Source of the DNA: Lytechinus pictus
Taxonomy: Eukaryota
Direction: 5' to 3'
DNA length: 60,000 nucleotides
NCBI RefSeq assembly: GCF_037042905.1
Contig: NC_087251.1
Span: 47,060,001 to 47,120,000, forward strand
In this document: positions 27,401 to 39,400 of the stretch, in pieces
How the letters are laid out: each line of letters begins with the position of its first letter
Numbering within the stretch: the stretch's first letter is position 1
Program-made: the position numbers and the translations under genes
The notes under the pieces: model-generated
What the model saw: only the letters and a program-made list of their open reading frames with translations
Told to the model about the DNA's origin: nothing
The model's database searches: none

Positions 27401-30400
27401 TTTGTTCTCCATTCAAGTTTGATACTATTTAACTTAACCTGGAAGTATGATACATTTATTGTCCATTGTAGGGATAGTACATGCACCTTGGCTGGAATTA
27501 CTTCGCAGCATTTTTGTATATATACAGAACTGCACTTAAAACAAAATACAAGATACTAAATACATTCCCATGACATTGCAAAAAAAACATTGCAATGTGG
27601 GGTGTTTTTCATGAAACAAATAGTCCCTGATTTTTACTCACAATTTTGCTCTTAGCCAATCAGATGCAAGAATTTTCAGTAGCTTATCACAGAGAGTCGG
27701 TGAAAATAAGCAACTGTTAGTCTCATGAAATGCTCCCCTGATTGTAGGTCATGTAGCTGCCAAGGTTAACTGAAGGACAGTATGAATGACCTTTGATGTC
27801 ACAGACATACAGAATTGTTTAACCTACATCTGTTCCTGTCATTTACCATTTATACAGTGTGTACTTTTATTGCAACAGGATAGGATACAGACATGATAAA
27901 TATGTCCTATTTTGTAAAGGGAAATTGTCTTTTACATACAAAGGGACATGCAAGAACATGTTTTCCAGATTTACTCTATTGTTCCTTGCCAAGCTAAATG
28001 TGTTTGTTTGTCACCAACTTAAAGGGAAAAGTCCCCCTAATTTCAACCAATATGGAGGAAATGTTCTTTTATTATCAGTTTATAAAGTTGTGTAAATGTT
28101 CCATAGGCAATTAGATATTATACTTTGTTTGCATTTTACTGTCCATTTGTGAGTTATAAGAACTTATATTTTACACATCTTCTATTCCTTTTTTTGTTTT
28201 GTTTCTTTGCAAATCCTAAAAAGATTGGAGCAAAAGTAGAGGCTAAAATGACTGAAAGTAGTCCTTATGAAGATGGAACCATTATGAAGCTAAATGATGC
28301 AAGTCTGTATACAGTCGGTAAGTAATGTTTACTAATTACTGGATATTTTTTTTCATTGCATGTCATTGTCAAGTCTTGAATAAAACAATCATTAATAGTT
28401 CAATGATATGTATATGGTTCATGGATAGTATTCAAAATAGCTGCAACTTAAGTAAGTGGTAAAAGATAAAATGTCCCATCTGAGTTTCTTTGCAAATAAA
28501 GATCTGTACTTTAAGAATAACAGCAGATAAAGTTGTTAAAATATTTTAGTGAGATTGTTTTTCATTATCAACCTGCATATGTGTTTTGATTTCTGGTCAG
28601 CAATCGACCAATATCTAGTATAAAATGATAATGCTAACAGCTTGTCATTTGGCATGCCCTTGTAATCTAGCTAATGTGTATGGGGATGTGAAAACATGAA
28701 TTAGTGGCTGATCGCTTCCTGGTTCAAACCCTAGGTGACGTCTGTTGGGTGAACATGTCAAAGGTTGGTCGACTAGACTTTAATAGAATAATAGCTAATT
28801 TATGAAGATATGTGTTAACGTTTGACAGTTACCTTGTTCAACGAAAGGATGTATGTCATTATTTTATACAACTTGTATTATTTCTTGGCAGTATCTGTTT
28901 TGAGAAGGGGTTTCTCATTAAACCTAATATATGTTAAAACACCTGTGGTTTTTTCTCTCCCTCTTCTCATTCGTAGTATTTGATGATGGTGATGAGAAGA
29001 CTCTACGGAGAACCTTGCTATGTTTGCAAGGAGAGAAGCACTTCCATGAAAGTGAAGTAAGTAATGTCCGTCAATGGTCTCCACATTCAGAAATATAATT
29101 GCATGCAAATACTTTTTTTCTAATTCCTCAAAAACTTTTGTAAGTGTAGAAATGTATTCAACTTATCTTTTTTCTAATTGTGTGCATTAAAAATTATTTA
29201 TTATTATAAGGCATGCAACAAACATTTAATTTTTTAATTTCTTGAAATAATTTGATACAAGATGTTTAAACCATGGCAGGATAACCACAATCCTAGCTTC
29301 TGTTTTAATGTCTGTTCATGGAAACTATATTGAAATGCACCAATAATGTCTTGTGTCTCTATCTATTTCAACCATGATAATTGTTGTGGGTTTTTTTTAT
29401 TTGAACACAATAAACTATTCCATACATAACATTCATTTGTGGAAATCTTTTTTTTTTCTTTTTAATTCACAGACACTAGATCATCTGCCATTGACAGATC
29501 CAGAGAACTTTGGTACTCCAGTAATGAAAGACACCAGTAAAATGAGGAGAAAGAGAAGAATGAGTAATCGTTCGCAGCAGTAAGTCCCTTTAATTTCCAT
29601 TTCAAACAAGTATGGTCAATGCTTTATTTATCATATTGAGACTTGTTAAATTGTATATATTGAATAAGAAAGGCAGTAGCTGTTAGTTGATGTTTGTCCC
29701 ATCATTAAAGCTACCTATTTGTATTCATTTTAATTCTAGTCCATTGCACTAACCTTTCTTATAATAAACCATAGAAACTTTACCAAGTGTCAAAAAAGCT
29801 CCTTAATCTCCTCCATTATCCAGAACACTCGAGAAAAGTTCCCTGAAATTTTGGTGAATAAAAAGAATGATACTACCAATATTTGATATCTCTCTGTTGA
29901 ATTGTTGAATAGTAATAATTGAGTTATGAATAATCAAAATATCACCTGTTTTCTGTTTATGTTTACTTTTCTTCATAATGAAAGGTGATAATATCAATCT
30001 ATCATTCATAGTTTGCAGCTTTTAATTGAAATGATCTTGATGTTAAGTGATGTCTTGACTTGTCTTGCAAAACAGGAGTGAAGAAGAGGAAGAAGACGAT
30101 GATGATGAAGAAGAAGACAGCGACAGTGACTCTCCTAAGAAACAACGCAAGGAAGAACCAGAGGATGCAGTGGGCAAGATTGTCATTGTAGAGATGAATG
30201 AAAAGAGGAAGAATTCCTTCTTTCCTGCCCTGGTGAGTTAATAAGGCCCAGGGGCTGGTTGCAGAAAGATTTGCAATCAAACACATCTTGATTTTCAACC
30301 AATCAGAAGCATGCAAGTAGGGACTTGTGTTTGAATTTGTGAATTGTGATTAAATGCCCATCTCTCCACAGCAGGCTTCTGTGGTCCCCATTATCGTTCC

Positions 30401-33400
30401 TAGGTCTATTATGTTTCACAATATTTTTCTTACAATTTTTTTCGACCTTTTTTTCAATAAGTTGATATCATAAGTTTATCAAGTTTTCTCAATTATACTG
30501 AGCTTACCCATTTCTATCTGGCGGTGACGATTAGGGAAGTCATGATAGAATGTTAATCAAAACTTGTAATTATGATAGAAATATCAGTTTATTAGCATTA
30601 AAAAAATGAATTACGGTGGTTACAATAGAAAGTTAATCAAAACCTCTGATGGACAAAGAATTACTCCCACTTTCTTTTTTACAGTGTATTTTTGTTTAAA
30701 AAAGATATTAGAGTAATGCATAGATTACTATCGTTCAGTTCAATTTTTTTTCAAGTGTACCTATCTATTAATCCAATAACTAATAACTGCATTAATTTGC
30801 TTTTTGAATAGGTTGTTGATCCAAGCTGCACTAAAGATGTCCAGACGAAAGGAAAAGACTACATAGTAGCCCGATCATTCAAAGACAACAAATTGTAAGT
30901 GAAAAATTTATATTACTCACTTATTTCATAATGATACATTTTGTCATGTTCCTGTGTCAAGCAAAGAAGAGCAAGACTATAGCCGCCGCTTTTCCGAGGG
31001 CAGCGGCGTCAACATTGAAATCTAAACCGAAGGTTAAGTTTTTTAAATGTCACCATAACTTACAAAGTATATGGACCTAGTTCATGTAACTTGGACATAA
31101 GAGTAATAAAGTATTACTGAACATCCTGCCTGACTTTCAGGTCACATCACCAAGGTTAAAGGTCATTTAGGGTCAATGAACTTAGACCATGTTGGGGAAT
31201 CAACATCAAAATCTTAACCTAAGGTTAAGTTTAGAAATGTCATCATAAACTTAGATTGTATATGGACCTAGTTCATAGAATTTGGACATAAGAGTAATCA
31301 AGTATCAGTGAACATACTGCATAAGTTTCAGGTCACATGACCAAGGTCAAAGGTCATTTAAGGTCAATGAACTTGGCCAAATTGGGGGTATTTTTTTAAT
31401 TACCATCAAAACTTCAAAAGTTTATGGATACTGTTAATGGAATGTGGATGTAGGGGTAATTAAGTATCACTGATCAAGTCTTAGGTCACATGATCAAGGT
31501 CAAATGTCATTTAGGGCCAGTGAACAGAGTATTTCATTATCATATAATGGGTGTTTTTTGTGAGTAATTCTATTGTCGTTTGCTTTATTGAATCGCATAA
31601 TGCAGGCGAGACTGCCAGAGGCGCTCCACTTGTGTATTAAGGTTATCCCAACACAACTACATCATCTTGTTCTCTTAACAGAACTGTCTCTTGTCAAATC
31701 CACTCATAAATCTAGTTGAGATGAATCAATTGAGCAGAATTTGAAAAAAAATGAAAAAGAAAAATTCAACACTGCAGAGGATATATGTATATGATATTGT
31801 ACATGAACGAGAAAGAATTATTTACTTAGAGAAGTTTGCTTGACAGTAGCTTTAGGAAATGGCACATTAGCATTCAGGTAATTGGGTGTGACAAATTTAC
31901 TTAAATACGCAATCTTTTCTACCTCTCTTCTTCAGCTACACCGTTGCCAGATCAAGTAGGAAACCATTCCTGTCTAAAGACCATACTTACAAAGGAGATG
32001 TAGCTTCTCTCAAAGCTGGTAAGTACAAAGAATACTCCAATCTTGTAAAAAGCATATATCAGTAAACCAAATACCATATGATGAAATAAGTTTCATAGCC
32101 CTCTCACCCATTAACATCTAGATAGTGCTTTATATATTTTAAAAAGAACAAAAATGAATTTTATGATAAAAGCGACTACATAACGCCTATGACAGTGTGT
32201 TTCCCAGATGAAGAATTTTTCTGTAGACCTGAACAAAACCTGTTTGTTTGCTGCATTAACCTGTCAACTGGTTAAGGTTCCAATGATTTTGTATATGCTT
32301 GATAAATTCAGAGCAGGGGCCTTTTGCATGAAACTTTTGCCATAAAAAACTAGCAAATAGAAAAAAAATATAGCAACAAGATTATGTCATTGACAAATTA
32401 AAAAACTCTGGCAAAAAAGTTGCCAGTTTTTCTTTTATGTAACAGGCCCCTTATGTGGCTATAATTGTAAAATTGAAACGAAAATTTGGTTCATAAACAG
32501 TAATATCTTATAGTTAGGGGGGTTTTGCAAGAGACTTGCAATTGATTGCAAGTCAATTTTGGACCCTAAAATCAATTATAAATCTTGCAGTTAAGTGCAT
32601 ATCTGGCAATTGATTGATCTACTTCTTGTAATAGAAACTTTACATTGGTAGTCACAATTGATCTATCAATTGTAATTTTGCAATTGATTACAAGTATTTT
32701 CTTGCAACACCCCATGATTTGTGTTAGACCAAGTTGCAATTTACTGAAAAATTTGCTAGAAAACTGAGCAGAAAGGAATATTTTTGTCAACATTGTAACT
32801 GATATTCATTGATTGTTTGCCTTTAACAGGGATAAGTTACATGAGGTCTTGGGACAATTTCTTCTCAAAATTCTCAAAAGATCCCTTGAAAATGAAAAAA
32901 AGGGGGTATCTGAACAATCTCCATTTACTGCAACGTTAAAGCTTATCCAATGCTGCTGGTTTGGGTATTAGTTTGTGAAAGGTAGCCCCCTAAACTAAAA
33001 TAAAATAATTTTTGTCTGCCCTTTAGCCACTGAGAAAGCAGTAACCTTCATCGATACCGGTCAGTTACCCTCTAACTGGGATATGGAGATGCTGAAGAAG
33101 AAGAGATCCGGTAAGCAGGGTCAGGGTCCCTCAGATGCAGAAACCAGCGAAGATTCGTCCGATGATGAGTACGATATGGAAAAGGACGCATGGCTGGCCT
33201 CGCTGCATAAGTTCATGGAAGAGAGAGGTAAGATATTAGGAAGAATGCATTACAGGGGCACTGAAGTTTGAACACGGTGAATCTCTCGCAGCAAGCCTAT
33301 GTACATTTGGATAACCTTAATACGTGTACTCCTTGGTCAAAAAATCAGATACATATTGTGAATATATGATGGTCACATTAAAAAAAATATGTCATGGCAA

Positions 33401-36400
33401 ATACATGTATAGTATGAATGTTGTAAAGATTTAGAATGAAATTAATCATCATCACATTTTGTATGTATTGTAGGCACCTCGAAATATAAACTTAAATTCC
33501 TGTCATATTCATCACTTAAAGATAAATGAAAGTAGTTGCAGTAAACACTGATTTCCCGAGAAATTCAGTAAAACCAGGCTTAATTGTCACTATATCATTG
33601 AGGATCTAGATTTGGTACAGTTACATAAACTGAACTTTGTGAAATCTTTAAATCTACCCTGAAAAATGTTGACTGAAGATCACCAACACAGATAAGTGCA
33701 CGTGGGACAGTGTATTATTATTGCTTTGAATGTCGGCCCGACGCTTGATCCGAATCCCATGCTTTTTTGCTAATTTCTCAGCAATTACACAATTTCTTCC
33801 AGAATCCTTTGGCACATATTTTTTATTTATACAAACGTGCACTTTGGTGGTCATTTTATTGGATTCTGTACAAACTATATTTGAAATTGTTACCACAACT
33901 GGCATTTATCTTTAACATGGTTGATCCTGTGTTTCTTCCAGGTACACCGATCAACAAGCCTCCGGTCCTAGGATTCCGTGATCTCAATCTCTACAAGTTG
34001 TACAAGCTGGTCCAGGATCAGGGAGGCTGTCGTAAGGTGACTGACAGGCAGATGTGGAGGCATATCATGACCAAGATGGGTATTCCAGTCCCTGCTTCGC
34101 AGCAGCCATACAACATTCACACTTCATACAACAAGTAAGTAATGTATTTTATCTCTTAGTGGGCCGTATTTCTCATGAATTCTGTGATCTGATTGGTCGA
34201 TTTGTTTGTGAGACAAACCCGCATTTGCCTATTTTACTGGGTCACAAAGATCAAATGGGTAATATGAGCAAGTATTACCTGTTTGGTGTGTGGCTGTTAT
34301 AATTTTGTTTTCATTGTTACACACATGCCCAGTGTGCAATTATTTAAAGGAGAATGAAATCTTTGGAACAAGATAGCAAGTGTGAAAACAGAAAAATCAA
34401 AGAAACAGATCAACGAAAGTTTGAGAAAAATCGGACAGATAATGAGAAAGTTATGAGCATTTGAATATTGCGATCACTAATGCTATGGAGATCCTCACAT
34501 TGGCAATGCGACAAAGATGTGTGATGTCACTTGTGAACAACTCTCCCCATTACCTTAGTATATATTTCACTTAAACTGCCTCTTTTATCACATTTATCAG
34601 TAGATAATGTGTTCTTTCTATAGGAGGGCATGTAATACAGATTTTTAAAGAATACATCATGGATAAAGAGTTTGTATCACCATAAGAAAAAGCAAAAAGA
34701 GGCATTTTGGGGGTATTTTATAGTCCATCAAAGGCAGAGTTGTTCACATGTGACATCACATATCCTTGTCGCATTGCCAATGGGAGGATCTCCATAGCAT
34801 TAGTGATTCCAATATTCAAATGCTCATAACTTTCTCATTATTTGTCCGATTTTTCTCAAACTTTCTTTGTTCTTATTCTTTGATTTTTCTGTTTCGACAC
34901 AAGCCTACTTGTTCCAAAGGTTTCATTCCCCTTTAAGGATACACTAAAAGAGATAAAATCGTTACACCCTGCTTTTTTTATGAAATAAGGGAAATATCTT
35001 TGTTCTGGAACCAGAAAAGTATTACGTGAACAAGCAGGGTGTAAATAATAGTATTGTATTTATTTTCCATTCATAAAAAACATACAAAATACGAACAAAA
35101 TACATCAGATATAATTACACAATAAAATGCAAACTGGATACATATGAATGGCTGGATTGCCCACTCAAGAGTGGTAATTATTAACATTCTGTCCTGCCTT
35201 GGGGTCCAGAACGTCATAAATGATAGATCAAACTGTATTATAAATGTCTTCAACAAGCAGAAAAGAATGACATTAAACACAAAGTATGAAGTAATGAAAA
35301 CTAGACAATTGACATAAAACAAAATTCAAAGTTATTGAGTTCAAGCCACAATTCAAGCTACAATCGGTTCCCAAATTTTACAGTCATCATCAATATTGAT
35401 ATATATTGTGTAACCTGTAATCAATAAAATATTTTTGTGCAATAGAGTCCTTATCGCATTGTATTAAAGTTATAGTTATTTACCTTCCAACTATCCCAGT
35501 TCAGTCTAAATGTTCAGGTATCAAGGTTTTTTTTTTTTTTTTTTTTTTGGGGGGGGGAGGGGTGTAATTTTTCCTTGAATGGTTTATGCATAAATTAAAA
35601 TGCTGGTACATATACCCCATTCAGGCAGGTGTATTTTCTGTGCTTATGAATGAGCTATGCTATTATAATAATAATAATAAAACATTGCTTATATAGCGCA
35701 TATTAACGATGATAAAATCATGTCTATGCGCTTTAGAAAGAAGAATCGAAAGAATGGAGAAGAAAGAAAAGCCTGTTCACAGAGGAGCAAATATATAATC
35801 AATTAATAGGTACATGTATATCTTATTTTACAAAAAGGAATGTCTTTAAAAGGGACTTACAGGATGTCATATACATGTACAGCAAGAATAAAGTGGGCTA
35901 TCAAGAGAAGTTTGGACAAAAGCTAATCGCTCACTTGCCCTTTAAATGATGAAAATCCATATTTTATTGTTCGAAATAGACATGAAATGAAATACTCCGA
36001 AAATTTGCTTTGCCCAATTGATCGTGGGCCCGGCAGCCGCTGTGCAGCGCCAGATCGACGAGGCTCTATCCCTTAAACCATTGAACGCCAAACAGGGTAG
36101 CAGCAACTCCCATCTTTTAACGTCTTTTGGTCTGACGCCTCCGGGGTTTGAACCCCCGACCTCCCGGTTGTGAGACGGACGCTCTACCAACTGAGCCAAC
36201 ACACCGGTTAAAGGCTATTAACAAACAAAAAAACCCTTTATTTGCTCAAGTCTACTATCGATCTCATTTTCTAGTTTGATTTTTTTCCCCCTTGATGCGT
36301 GCCCAGGTACCTCTTTGCATTTGAGGAATTCAACCGGAAGATGGGCCCTGGACCTCGTGTCTTCACCCGCACCAGGAGGCGGTCGTTTGACCGAGGAGGC

Positions 36401-39400
36401 TGGATAACCTCCCCGCCCATCATCAGCAGGCAACGGTCATTGGTCAAACAAGGAATCAAGGATGAACCGAGCGATAGAGAGGAAGAAACAGAATCCCCCT
36501 CCCAGAAAAGGGTATGCAGTATTACCAAGTCCCAAATTTTATGTGTATTGATATTAAAGGGCAAAGCCATTTATCTGTGAGGCACATTTCTATTGTACAG
36601 CGCAAATGGAACGAATGAAATAGGGCAAAACAAATATCCACGGCCAATAAATAAGGCATTCAAGGCTACAGCCTTTCGAGGCCCTGAAGAAATTATATTA
36701 TAGATGGTGAAAATAAGGTGGGATGTTTTACAAAGAGTGAAGCTGGACTCTTAGAGTATGGATTCCTAGTTAGATACACATGACTTAAAGGGAAAGTCAT
36801 GTTTGTTAGGGGAAAGGTGAGAACAATTACTGTAAATTTTCAATTAACCTTCTGCATTTCTCACTAACATTTCATTAAAAAAAAACTATGGTAACTTTGC
36901 CATGGTATAACTACCATGGTAACAAGGCAATTAAAATCAAGGTTTCGGTGGTTATCATAATTTCTGCAAAGTTGCCATTGTTGTAAGGCTTGAAACAGGC
37001 CCTTTGACTTATTTATTGCTGTATCAATTTTTTCTGAATACCTTTCATATTAAGGCTATTCAATGCAACATAACCATTCTTTTTTTTAAATGCGCAGGAA
37101 AGAATTACGACAGAAATCATGTTGATGTTTTGCCAACAGGTGACAAGGAAGAAAGGAGAGGATGCCGGCAAATCACAGGAACAGGAAGAGAGTAAACGAG
37201 AGACGCGGGAAGCCAAGACAAGATCCAAGGAAATAGATAAAGAGGAAAAAGACTCGAGCGACCGAGATGAAAAGAAATCGGGGAAGAAGTCGGTTAAAGA
37301 TGATAAGGTGAAGGATAGAGGGAGCAAGGATGGGAAAGACAAGGTCAAGGACAAACCTGTAAAGGAAGACAGTGTGAAGGAGAAAGTCAAGGACAGGTCC
37401 GCCAAGGCTGATAGTGACAAGATCAAGGATAGGTCAAAAGACACGCCTTCAAAGGACAGCGACGAGAAGATAAGCGAGAAGGCGAGCGAAGGAAAAGGCA
37501 AACCGAAAGATGCAAAGGGAAAGGAAGAGAAGGGCGAGAAATCGAAGGAAGATAAAAAGAAGGAGGAGAAGGCAGAGGAGAAACAGACAGAAGCGAAAGG
37601 GAAGGAGAAGGAGAAGCAGGTGTCGAAAGGGAAGGAAAAGAAAGGCAAGGGCAGTGGAAGAGACGATGAGACAACCAGCCCAACTCCACCCCCACATATG
37701 TAAGTAAATACTTAAAGACAAAGACAATCTTAGAAAAAGTATTTTGAAAAGATGTATTTTTCTGGTGCTGATTTTGTTGCATGATTTTATTCATTGGTTA
37801 TTGTGTATGATGAATGATAAAAATCAGCCCCATGATCTATTTCTATTAAAGCTGTATGATGGGGGGACCCAGAGCTTCCAAGTCTCCCGGATCCTGCGGG
37901 AGAATACTGGATTGCGATCCAATCTCCCGTTCTCCCGACCCCATGCCAAAATCTCCCGGATAATCAGGATTTTTAGCTGTTAAATTGTAAAATTCATACA
38001 AACGACTGTTTAACGAGTCTAGCATGTTCAATTCCCTAACACCCACGTGGAACCTCCTTTTTATCACATTTTCATTTTACCCAGTAACTTCTACCAGTTT
38101 TTGTATAATCGTACATTGATTTCCCATGTAAATGAAGATAATTTTACTGAACGACTGGTGAAGTAGTCTAACAAGCCATTTTATTTCCGGGTTCTGCAAT
38201 GTGTGATGAAAACTCTTCAGCGGTACTCTATGCACATGGCCCCCGATGCGCCCCGGCGGGGCTAGCTCCAGCCGGCCGCGCTGCGCCAGGAAGCTCCGAG
38301 AAGGAAAGTTCACGAGCACTGCGAGGCATTTCTCGTAAGCTTGCTTGCGCCTTATTCGAGCTGAAACTGTGGATCAACGATGGGATTAACAAGTGGATTA
38401 CTTTTACACCTCGACTTTCAGTTTCAGGGATAATTCTATTGACAATCCTGAAAAATTAGAAGCAAAGTGGAGATTTTTTTGCCTACTTTCACTTGGGTTG
38501 ATCGGATTCGAACATTTTCTCTTTCGTGAGTGAGCTACCTGGCGCTGGCTCAGTGGCTGGCTGAGCTGTGCGAAGCACGCCCCGTCCCGATTTATCCACA
38601 CTACAATCGCATCGCCAGTGACCATGGAGATCATGGAGCTGAGATGAAGTCATCCAAGACCAAGACGACAAAATACTTTGTCGAAGTATAAAGATACTTT
38701 TCAAGCAGAATGGGACTGTGTGACAGTTTTCACAGGAATCCCTCAGAGACTTTAAACAGTCCACATATAAAGCTCATTTACCATGTTTACCACTACTGCA
38801 GCCCCTTCCCCCTCTGGCCAATTAAAGGTATTTTCATGTTGAATTTATCTTTTATGAATTATTTAAAAAATCTACTGTATTGCCTGAAGTGTATATTTAG
38901 TCAATGACAATTCATGAATTCTCTCTAATGTGCATTTCATCTATCGGATTTTTTTTTGATGGTTTAGACAGCTGTCGGTTACTATCAAATGTTGTTTCTT
39001 AATGTGTTTTGCTACCCAAAACTCCCATCTGTGGGACAACGTTCCGCCGCTCCCTCACAAAATCATACCTCCGCGAAATCTACTGGATTCTATCATCCCA
39101 ATGTTGGCAGCTCTGGGGGACCTAAAGCTACGCACTTTGTTTTCAAATGATAAAAACTATGCCAATTTCAATATTTGTACAAATTATCTTTCACTAATTT
39201 GTGGCAAATATTCTAAAGATCATTAACCAAGAAGAAAATATCACAGAACTCACTAATACAAAAATCCCGCTGTGTTTTCCAAACACCTCTTGATTTCGCC
39301 GCCCGATGTAGAAGGGGTCCTAAAGCTACCCACTCGATTTATCATGCAAAAAAATAGTATTTCCTGTGCCTCAATTTCTAAAATATGTTCACATTATTAT

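Noticed and set aside
36135..36207. Functional tRNA-Val(CAC) gene
   Set aside because: A and B boxes are present, but the stems are imperfect and the head runs into a SINE body with an AT-rich tail.
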